NCBI GenBank assembly: GCA_023554335.1
Contig: JAMJQR010000113.1
Span: forward strand, 1 to 50,994
Source of the DNA: Candidatus Benthicola marisminoris
GTDB lineage: Bacteria > Gemmatimonadota > Gemmatimonadetes > Palauibacterales > Palauibacteraceae
Length of the DNA stretch: 50,994 nt
Reading direction: 5' to 3'
The notes below the pieces were generated by a model. The model was not told the DNA's origin and ran no database searches. It was given only the letters and a program-made list of their open reading frames with translations. The position numbers and the translations under genes were made by a program. The stretch's first letter is position 1. Each line of letters starts with the position of its first letter. Positions 20,464 through 28,045 of this stretch are shown here, piece by piece.

Positions 20464-21490
20464 CGACGGCGGCCTCCACGAGTTCCTCCGAGTGCCCCAT
20501 CTCGGACCACGATAATCCGAAGCGCCGAATGTACCACAGGCCCATAATCGTGACGGGTATGAACGTCAGGATGTGGTAGCTCGTGGCGAAGCTCACCATT
20601 TCGGTGGCGGGTACATCCCACACACCCAGCCCCAGACGCGTGGCAGCTTCGAACACCCCGAAGAAGCCTGGGCTGGAAGGAGCGGCCACCGCAAAAGCGA
20701 TCACGCTCTGCAGGAAGATCGCACCGGTGAAACCTGGCGCCGTGATACCGAAAGCCAACAGCCCGAGCCAGATCGAAACCGCCAGGTTCACCCACACGAC
20801 AACAGACCACGCGAGAGCCCTGACGAACGTAGGTGTGTGACGCAGTGAGCCGAGGCCCGCCAGGAAGCCGGCGACGATGCGAGTCGCCCGCCGACTCAGG
20901 GACGGGCTGAGGAAACGGCCCGAGAGGCGCTCGAACAGCTGCTCGCTCCGGTCGGCGTTACGGGCCGCCAGCCACAGGAGGAAGAAGGCGACTGCGAACG
21001 CGACGGCACCGAAGTTGGCTGTGCGCCGCAGGAGCACGGCTGTGCTGCCGTCTCCCAGGGGAAATCCCGGCAGAGAGATCGTCGCGAACAGGAAGAATGC
21101 CAGGACCAGGCCATCGAACACCCGCTCCGCCACCAGGGAGGCGACGGACGCGCCGAGGTTCAGATCCTCGGTCCGCGACAGTGCATAGGCGCGAGCGAAC
21201 TCGCCCAGACGGGCCGGGAGGAGGTTGTTCACCGCGAACCCTATGCACACGGACCCGAACCGCGTATCGAAGCGCGTGTGCGGGTGGGAGGGCTCGAGGA
21301 GAACCTTCCAGCGCCAGGCCCGGAGCACGAAGCTGAACGTCGCGGCGACCACAGCTCCGGTGAGCAGCCACGGGTCCGACTCACGAACGCGGGCCCAGAC
21401 CTCGGCGACCGATACGTCCCGGAGTACCCACCAAAGCAGAAGGACAGTCAGGAGCAGGCCGACGGTCGTCTTCCAGGCGTGTCCTCGCAC
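20453..21490 (-). CDS. Lysylphosphatidylglycerol synthase TM-region (flippase-like) protein
   Basis: LRAWRWKVLL, NNLLPARLGEFARA, ERVFD, PSSPGFFGVFE motifs; multi-TM. Confidence 0.9.
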   Translation of the reverse strand: MRGHAWKTTVGLLLTVLLLWWVLRDVSVAEVWARVRESDPWLLTGAVVAATFSFVLRAWRWKVLLEPSHPHTRFDTRFGSVCIGFAVNNLLPARLGEFARAYALSRTEDLNLGASVASLVAERVFDGLVLAFFLFATISLPGFPLGDGSTAVLLRRTANFGAVAFAVAFFLLWLAARNADRSEQLFERLSGRFLSPSLSRRATRIVAGFLAGLGSLRHTPTFVRALAWSVVVWVNLAVSIWLGLLAFGITAPGFTGAIFLQSVIAFAVAAPSSPGFFGVFEAATRLGLGVWDVPATEMVSFATSYHILTFIPVTIMGLWYIRRFGLSWSEMGHSEELVEAAVDDE

Positions 21491-21493
21491 CGA

Positions 21494-22222
21494 TCAGGCC
21501 CCCCGGGCCCGACGCATGATCCCCTTCATTTCCCGGACCGCCCTCTCGAGCCCTACCAGAACCGCGCGACTCACCACGGAGTGACCGATGTTAAGCTCCT
21601 CGCAGCCCTCGATCGCGGCAACGGGAGCCACGTTCTCGTAGGTGAGGCCATGCCCGGCATGCACCGCCAGCCCCAGTTCCCTGGCCAGCCCGGTCGCGGC
21701 GCGGAGTCGCTCGACCTGGCGCCGCCTCTCGTCCGCGTCCTGGGCGTTGGAGTACTCGCCCGTGTGAAACTCGACCGCCGTGGCGGGAAGGTCGGCGCAG
21801 CGTCGCACCGTCTCCACGTCCGGATCGATGAACAGCGATGTGCGCACGCCGGCCGCCTCCAGGCGACTGAGCGCCGCTTCGAGTCGGACGGCCGATCGAT
21901 TGCTCACCTCGAGCCCACCTTCGGTGGTGATCTCCTGCCTCTTCTCGGGCACCAGGGTCGCCTGATACGGAAGCCAGGACGTCGCCAAGTCGAGCATCTC
22001 CTCGGTGACCGCGAACTCCAGATTCACCGGAGTGCGCGCCGTCGCCAGAAGAAGCTCGACGTCGCGATCCTGAATGTGCCTGCGATCTTCCCGCAGGTGG
22101 ACGGTGATCCCGTCCGCCCCTCCGAGCTCCGCCAGAACCGCCGCGCGTACCGGATCGGGTTCATCCGTTCCACGCGCCTGCCGGACCGTGGCTATGTGGT
22201 CGACATTGATGTAGAGCCGCAT
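21494..22222 (-). CDS. pdxJ: Pyridoxine 5'-phosphate synthase
   Basis: NVDHIATVRQAR, ITVHLREDRRHI, TLVPEKR, HAGHGL, ELNIGH. Confidence 0.98.
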   Translation of the reverse strand: MRLYINVDHIATVRQARGTDEPDPVRAAVLAELGGADGITVHLREDRRHIQDRDVELLLATARTPVNLEFAVTEEMLDLATSWLPYQATLVPEKRQEITTEGGLEVSNRSAVRLEAALSRLEAAGVRTSLFIDPDVETVRRCADLPATAVEFHTGEYSNAQDADERRRQVERLRAATGLARELGLAVHAGHGLTYENVAPVAAIEGCEELNIGHSVVSRAVLVGLERAVREMKGIMRRARGA

Positions 22223-22295
22223 CGGACACTCCGTGTTGGGCCGTCTCGACGAGGGACACGATACTGCGGGTTACCGGACCGGTCGAGAGCGACTC

Positions 22296-23597
22296 TCACG
22301 CGGGATCGAGTCGCGTAACCCGCACCGTCCTCTTGCTTCTCCAGCGCCCCAGGGTCGCAACGGGCAGGCGAGCGACCAGCACCACGTTCATGTCCCGGTC
22401 TTCCCGTTCGAGGATCTCGCCGGCTCGATACGCCTCCGCGAGCGTCCGGCCGTCCGTGACCGCAATCTCTAGCTTCACGGTCGGCCGCAGCTCTCGGAGA
22501 CGGGACAGTAGCTCGTTGCGCAGGGGCTCGAGCCCCCCTGGCTCCGTCACGGAAGTGAACACGTTGCAAGGCCATTCCACCGATACACGGCCACGCAATG
22601 CTTCTTCCTCCGGGTGCGTGAGCTGATCTACCTTGTTGAAGACCATGAGGGTGTCCGAGTCGGGAATCTCGAGATCGAGCAGAACCTCCTGCACCGCCTC
22701 CACCTGATGGTCCCAGCCCGGAGCCGAAGCATCCACGACGTGGATCAGGAGGTCTGCCTGCCGCGCCTCTTCCAGCGTGGCCCTGAATGAGGCTACGAGG
22801 TGGTGAGGGAGCTTGCGAATGAACCCCACGGTATCCGTGACCAGCGCCCGGTAGCCCGCGTCCAGCTCCACAGCTCGGGTCGCTGAGTCGAGGGTAGCAA
22901 AGAGACGGTCCTCGACAAACAGATCGGCGCCGGAGAGCGCCCGGAGGACCGAGGATTTTCCTGCATTCGTATAGCCCACGAGGGCGGCCCGGAATTCGTT
23001 CTCGCGCCGGCGGCGGCGTGTGTCGCGCGAGCGCGCGATGTGCTCCAGCTCCTGGCGAAGCCTGGTGATCCGCCGATCCATGAGTCGGCGATCGGTCTCG
23101 AGCTGCGTCTCGCCGGGCCCCCTCATTCCGATCCCGCCCTGGATCCGGGAAAGGTGGTTCCACATGCGCTTCAGGCGTGGGCGCATGTACTGCAATTGCG
23201 CGAGCTCGACCTGCATGCGGGCCTCTGCGGTCCGCGCCCGAAGTGCGAAGATGTCCAGGATCAGCTCGGTCCGGTCCATGACGCGGCGATCGAGCGCCTT
23301 TTCCAGGGCAGAACCCTGGGCCGGCGAGAGGTCCTCGTCGAAGATCACGAGGTTCGCTTCGGACCGGTCGGCCAGCAGTCGCAGCTGCTCGGCCTTCCCC
23401 CGCCCGATGTAAAGGGCGGGGTGGGGTGCATCTAATCGCTGGACCAGCCGGCCAGCGACCTCGGCGCCCGCCGTGTCGGCCAGTCGTTCGAGCTCTTCCA
23501 GGTGCTCGTCCACCAGCGCTTCAGGCTCGTCGGCTACGGGTGCTCCGACAAGAATGGCCCGCTCCAGCGGGCGCTCGATGTCAATCAGGTCAGCCGT
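22296..23597 (-). CDS. hflX: Ribosome-splitting GTPase HflX (start codon uncertain)
   Basis: ILDIFALRA, GPGETQLETDRR, G1 VGYTNAGKS, LFATLD, DTVGF, NKVD. Best SD-spaced codon is ACG at 23597; see findings. Confidence 0.95.
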   Translation of the reverse strand, partial: TADLIDIERPLERAILVGAPVADEPEALVDEHLEELERLADTAGAEVAGRLVQRLDAPHPALYIGRGKAEQLRLLADRSEANLVIFDEDLSPAQGSALEKALDRRVMDRTELILDIFALRARTAEARMQVELAQLQYMRPRLKRMWNHLSRIQGGIGMRGPGETQLETDRRLMDRRITRLRQELEHIARSRDTRRRRRENEFRAALVGYTNAGKSSVLRALSGADLFVEDRLFATLDSATRAVELDAGYRALVTDTVGFIRKLPHHLVASFRATLEEARQADLLIHVVDASAPGWDHQVEAVQEVLLDLEIPDSDTLMVFNKVDQLTHPEEEALRGRVSVEWPCNVFTSVTEPGGLEPLRNELLSRLRELRPTVKLEIAVTDGRTLAEAYRAGEILEREDRDMNVVLVARLPVATLGRWRSKRTVRVTRLDPA

Positions 23598-24978
23598 GGT
23601 TCTCCTCCTCGCCCGATGGCGTTCCGTCCTGCTGAGCCGAGCGGACATCGCGAGCGCGCGCGAGACGCCGGCCGATTCCGGTCTCTTCGCCCGTGTCGCC
23701 TGGCCGGTAGAACTGCCGCCCCGCAAGTACCTCCGGGAGATAGGTCTGAGGCGCGACGCCTCCTTCCCAGTCCGGATCGTACCGATATCCGTCCCCGTAC
23801 CCGAGGTCCTTCATCAGCCGCGTAGGAGCGTTTCGAATGTGGAGCGGGACGGGCTCGGCCGGAGTCTCGCGCGCCGCCCGCCTCGCTTCGCTGAATCCCG
23901 TATACAGCCGATTCGACTTCGGCGCGGCGGCCAGATACGCGCACGCTTCAGCCAGAGCCAGATCGCCCTCCGGCGATCCGAGGAAGTGGTAAGCATCCCT
24001 CGCGGCGACGGCCACGTGCAGCGCGCGTGGATCCGCCATACCGATGTCCTCCACCGACATGCGGACCATCCTCCGCGCGATGTACATGGGGTCCTCCCCT
24101 CCCTCGAGCATGCGGGCCAGCCAATACAGAGCGCCGTCGGCATCCGAGCCCCTGACGGACTTGTGGAGGGCCGAAATCAGATTGTAGTGCTCCTCGCCAG
24201 ACTTGTCGTAGCGAGCGAAGCGGTGCTGCAAGGCCGCTTCCACGTTCGCGAGCCCGATGGCACCGCCGTCGGGTGCCAGGTGCGCCGCCGTCTCAAGGGC
24301 GTTGAGTGCCCGGCGGGCATCTCCATCGGCCGACTCCGCCAGGCGCTTCAGCGCCTCCGGGTCGATCGACAGCCCTCGTTCACCCAGACCGCGATCCCTG
24401 TCCTTCATGGCTCGGCGAAGGAGTTCCGCCACCGATTCCGCCTCCAGCGGTTTCAGGACGAACACGCGCGTGCGGCTGAGCAGAGGACCCACGACCTCGA
24501 AGCTGGGATTCTCCGTCGTGGCTCCGATCAGGGTGATCGTCCCCGACTCGACGTGCGGCAAAAACGCATCCTGCTGCGACTTGTTGAAGCGGTGGATCTC
24601 GTCCACGAACAGGATCGTCTCCTGGCCCGTGGCTCGTTTCCGCTCGCCGGCCTGATCGATGAGCTCGCGGACGCGCGCGATGCCTTCGGTCACGGCTGAG
24701 AACGGCTCGAAGCGCGCCCCGGTGCGTCGGGCGACGATCCCCGCGAGCGTGGTCTTACCGCAGCCGGGTGGGCCCCAGAGAATGAGACTCGGCACCCGGT
24801 CCCGCTCGATTAGCTCCCTGAGCGCCGCCCCCTCTCCCACCAGCTCGGGCTGACCGAGGAGTTCGTCTACGGAGCGCGGACGCATTCGAGCGGCAAGGGG
24901 CGCACCGTCTCCTGCCGAGAGGGAGTCCGGGGCCGGTCGGCCTGCATCCGGGCCGAAGAGATCGGGAGCCCGATTCAC
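23590..24978 (-). CDS. rarA: Replication-associated recombination protein A (MgsA)
   Basis: PLAARMRP, WGPPGCGKTT, FVDEIHRFNKSQQD, GATTENP, HYNLISALHKSVRGSD, PLHIRNAPT. Confidence 0.97.
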   Translation of the reverse strand: MNRAPDLFGPDAGRPAPDSLSAGDGAPLAARMRPRSVDELLGQPELVGEGAALRELIERDRVPSLILWGPPGCGKTTLAGIVARRTGARFEPFSAVTEGIARVRELIDQAGERKRATGQETILFVDEIHRFNKSQQDAFLPHVESGTITLIGATTENPSFEVVGPLLSRTRVFVLKPLEAESVAELLRRAMKDRDRGLGERGLSIDPEALKRLAESADGDARRALNALETAAHLAPDGGAIGLANVEAALQHRFARYDKSGEEHYNLISALHKSVRGSDADGALYWLARMLEGGEDPMYIARRMVRMSVEDIGMADPRALHVAVAARDAYHFLGSPEGDLALAEACAYLAAAPKSNRLYTGFSEARRAARETPAEPVPLHIRNAPTRLMKDLGYGDGYRYDPDWEGGVAPQTYLPEVLAGRQFYRPGDTGEETGIGRRLARARDVRSAQQDGTPSGEEENHG

Positions 24979-26294
24979 TCCGGTCCGTCCGATTCCGGGC
25001 TGTCGAGGGAGTCCAGTCCCCCGAGCTCGATCAACTCACGGGCGCTCCCGAGAAGGGTCTCCCGCTCGTTGCGTTCGGGCGATTCGATCACCTGCTCGAG
25101 AAGCTCCTCGAGCATGACCCCCACCAGAGGCCCGCGGGGAAGTCCTAGCTCGAGCAGGTCGGATCCGTCGACGGCGAGTTGCGACAGGGTGACCGGGGCT
25201 GCCTGCACCAGCTCGTCGTGCACACGCTGCCAGGTGAACAGCAGGGCTCGCTGGCCCTCGACCGAGCCCGAGGCGCGTGCTGCCGCGAAGTGGAGCCGGA
25301 ACAGGTCCCGCGCCTGATCGGGTCCTACCGAGTGCAGCCACTTCCGCAGGGTCGCGGAACCGTCCGCCGGGTGAACGAGCGGGAGGTAGTGCTCAACCAG
25401 CCGAGTACCGCGCCGGATCTCTGCGTTCGAGAACTTGAGCCTCCGCAGGATCGCCTCAGCAGCCTCCGCATCTCCGCCACCGCCTGCGCCGGCTGCCAGA
25501 AGCAGGCGCACCACCCTGAGAAACGAGCGATGGGCCGGTACCGAGTCCACGGCCGCGAGCGTCTCAGTCCACAAAGGTCCTTCGACGGCCGGCGCAAGCT
25601 CGCGGTACCAGCCCTTGAGGGCTCCGTAGTCCGCGTAAAGGTCGAGCGCGGTCGACGGTGCAGGAGAAGCGATGACCTTCAGCAGCTCCTCCCGCACACG
25701 CTCAGCCGAGAGCCGAGGAAGGTGCTCCACCGAACCCGCGAGCGCGGCTCGGGTTTCCGCTTCGATCTCGAGTTCATGAAGCCCTGCGAAACGGAAGGCG
25801 CGCAGCACCCTCAGGTAGTCCTCCGTGAAACGGCGCCATGGATCGCCGACCGCTCGCAGGACTCTATTCTGCAGGTCCGCGCTGCCCCCGAACGGATCCC
25901 GCAGCTCCTCCGTGGACGGCCGCCAGGCGATGGAGTTGATCGTGAAGTCGCGGCGGGCGAGGTCTTCCTCGATGGTCGCAGCGAACTCGACGACGGCATG
26001 CCGTCCGTCTGTCTCGACGTCGAGCCGAAACGTCGTGACTTCGTACAGCGTGCCGTCCTCGGCCAGAACGCCGACGGTCCCATGCTCGGGCCCGAGCGGC
26101 ACGGTCCGCGGAAACAACGCGCGGACCTCTTCTGGAAGGGCATCCGTCGCCAGGTCCCAGTCCGCCCTGCTGCGGCCGAGAAGCGCATCACGTATCGCCC
26201 CGCCGACCGCCCATGCCTGGTATCCCCCGGCCTCCAGGCCGTCAGCAACCTCCAGCAGCCCGGCGGGCGGATGGAGAACAGGCAGTTCGGTCAC
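24975..26294 (-). CDS. cca: Class II tRNA nucleotidyltransferase (CCA-adding type, no HD domain)
   Basis: VGGAIRD..LG...DWDLAT, EVTTFR, DLARRDFTIN, FTEDYLRVLR, SAERVREEL; GTG 26294 overlaps the gmhA stop. Confidence 0.9.
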   Translation of the reverse strand: MTELPVLHPPAGLLEVADGLEAGGYQAWAVGGAIRDALLGRSRADWDLATDALPEEVRALFPRTVPLGPEHGTVGVLAEDGTLYEVTTFRLDVETDGRHAVVEFAATIEEDLARRDFTINSIAWRPSTEELRDPFGGSADLQNRVLRAVGDPWRRFTEDYLRVLRAFRFAGLHELEIEAETRAALAGSVEHLPRLSAERVREELLKVIASPAPSTALDLYADYGALKGWYRELAPAVEGPLWTETLAAVDSVPAHRSFLRVVRLLLAAGAGGGGDAEAAEAILRRLKFSNAEIRRGTRLVEHYLPLVHPADGSATLRKWLHSVGPDQARDLFRLHFAAARASGSVEGQRALLFTWQRVHDELVQAAPVTLSQLAVDGSDLLELGLPRGPLVGVMLEELLEQVIESPERNERETLLGSARELIELGGLDSLDSPESDGPE

Positions 26295-26887
26295 GGGCCG
26301 TTCCGGTTCGCCGCGAACCACTCGTCCACCAGGTCGGCTACCGCGTGCTCCACCGCGAGCTGCAACTCCTGCACGCCGGCCGAATCGTCGGCCGGCAGCT
26401 GAATCGGGAGATCCACGAGCGGAGCCAGTCTGCCTCCCGCGCGGTTCAGGAGCGCGACGCTGGTGATCTGCATCTCGCGGGCGGCCCGGGCGGCCTCGAG
26501 GAGGTTCTCCGAATTCCCGCTCGTGGAATGCAGCACGAGGAGGTCTCCGGCACGCCCGTGCGCCTCGAGGACCCGCGCGAAGACCCGTTCGAATCCGAAG
26601 TCGTTGGCGCACGCGGACAGGGTCGCAGTGCACGAGGAGAGCGCGATGGCGGGAAGGGCGCGCCGCTGGCGCCGCAGGCGCACCACGTACTCCGTGGCCA
26701 TGTGCTCCGCCGAGGCCGCGCTTCCCCCGTTGCCAGCGAAGAGAAGCTTGCCATCGCCCTGCAGGGTCGCGCGAACGAGCTCGGCGTAGCGCGCCGCCGG
26801 TCCGGCGACCTGGTCCGCCGCCAAGGCCGCGTTTCGGGCCAGCTCTTCAAGATGCCGGCGCACGGCATCGACCGATTCCGTGTTCAT
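26291..26887 (-). CDS. gmhA: Sedoheptulose-7-phosphate isomerase (SIS domain)
   Basis: GNGGSAASAEHMATE, ANDFGF, STSGNSEN, VQELQLAVEH with metal-binding His/Glu/Gln/His retained. Confidence 0.88.
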   Translation of the reverse strand: MNTESVDAVRRHLEELARNAALAADQVAGPAARYAELVRATLQGDGKLLFAGNGGSAASAEHMATEYVVRLRRQRRALPAIALSSCTATLSACANDFGFERVFARVLEAHGRAGDLLVLHSTSGNSENLLEAARAAREMQITSVALLNRAGGRLAPLVDLPIQLPADDSAGVQELQLAVEHAVADLVDEWFAANRNGP

Positions 26888-26888
26888 C

Positions 26889-27686
26889 TCAGCCTCCGGT
26901 CACGAGACGCCGAAGCCGACCCACCCAGCCCTGGCGCGGCTCGCACGGTGGAACCGCGACTGTCGGATCACCCGCGAGGACCGCAGCCGGGTTGGTGGCG
27001 GTCAACAGAGTCGCCTGCTCCTCACACCCGGCTTCGGCCAGGTACTCCCATGCCTCGCGGACCGTGGTTGCCCGGTGCGGCCGGGCGTGGTTGTCGGAAG
27101 CCACCAGGTCCACGAGGCTCTCGGCCAGCATGCGGTGCACCACCCTTTGTGCCTCCCCCCCGTGGTCACCCCAGAGGCTGCCGGCGTTCACACACATCAG
27201 CGCGCCGAGGTCGCGCCAGCGGTCGATCCAGCCAAACGAACGTTCTACCCCTGCGTATCGCTCCGGGTGAGCGAGAACGGGAATCCAGCCGGCGGCGAGG
27301 ACGATCTCCAGCATACGGTCCGGATAAGCGGGCATCGCGAGCATCGGGAACTCCACCAACAGTCGGCCGCCCTCGCCGAGGCCGATAGTCGGGTCGCTCA
27401 GGTCCGCATCCGGATCGTCCAGTCTGAACTCGAACGAGCGCTGGAGATCGACCCCGGGGCAGTCCCGCGCAGCCCCTTCCTTGAGCTCGGCGAACGCCGC
27501 TTCGATCCCGTCCCGCCAGTCTCCGTGAACGGCGCTCGCCGCCAGATGCGGAGTGGTAACCACCGTGTGGATTCCGAGTCGCTCGAACTCCCTGAGCTGA
27601 ACCAATGCCTCGTCCACGTCCCTGGCCCCGTCATCGACGCCGGGGACGAAGTGACAGTGGAGGTCCACGAGCGGAGGCAGGTTCAA
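26889..27686 (-). CDS. PHP-family tyrosine-protein phosphatase (CpsB/CapC/YwqE type)
   Basis: DLHCHFVPGVDDGA, TTPH, LAHPERY, VASDNH motifs. Confidence 0.92.
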   Translation of the reverse strand: MNLPPLVDLHCHFVPGVDDGARDVDEALVQLREFERLGIHTVVTTPHLAASAVHGDWRDGIEAAFAELKEGAARDCPGVDLQRSFEFRLDDPDADLSDPTIGLGEGGRLLVEFPMLAMPAYPDRMLEIVLAAGWIPVLAHPERYAGVERSFGWIDRWRDLGALMCVNAGSLWGDHGGEAQRVVHRMLAESLVDLVASDNHARPHRATTVREAWEYLAEAGCEEQATLLTATNPAAVLAGDPTVAVPPCEPRQGWVGRLRRLVTGG

Positions 27687-28045
27687 GAGCCCTCCGTCCC
27701 GGGGGTCGGCGACGCCGCGGTCGCCTCTGCGAGACGCCGACCGAGCTCGCCCCGCAGGCCGACAGCCTCCGCCAGCTCCTCGGACCGGCCAGAGTCGGCT
27801 GCGGCTTCGAACGCGTACGTGAGCGCCGCATCCGCGGCGAGAAGTCGGAGAGCCTCACGCCGGACGCCGGCTCCGCCGGCTACCTGCTCCAGCCCGGCGA
27901 GAGCCGCCGCGGCCAGCCCGCGGACGGGATCCCGAAGTTCTGAATCAGGAAGGCTCGAGACCAGAGACCTTATGTCGGCGCTCAGCTCCGCGGGGGCGGT
28001 CACGAGCCGGGACTCCAGCCAGCGGGTCGTCGCGTTCTCGCTCAC
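27683..28045 (-). CDS. Hypothetical protein (helical, 120 aa)
   Basis: Fits exactly between alaS and the phosphatase with 4-nt overlaps at both ends; LLAADAALTYAFEAAA segment. Confidence 0.75.
   Translation of the reverse strand: MSENATTRWLESRLVTAPAELSADIRSLVSSLPDSELRDPVRGLAAAALAGLEQVAGGAGVRREALRLLAADAALTYAFEAAADSGRSEELAEAVGLRGELGRRLAEATAASPTPGTEGS

Noticed and set aside
26291-26887. DiaA instead of GmhA
   Set aside because: The catalytic Glu (HMATE) and other metal ligands are retained, favouring the isomerase.
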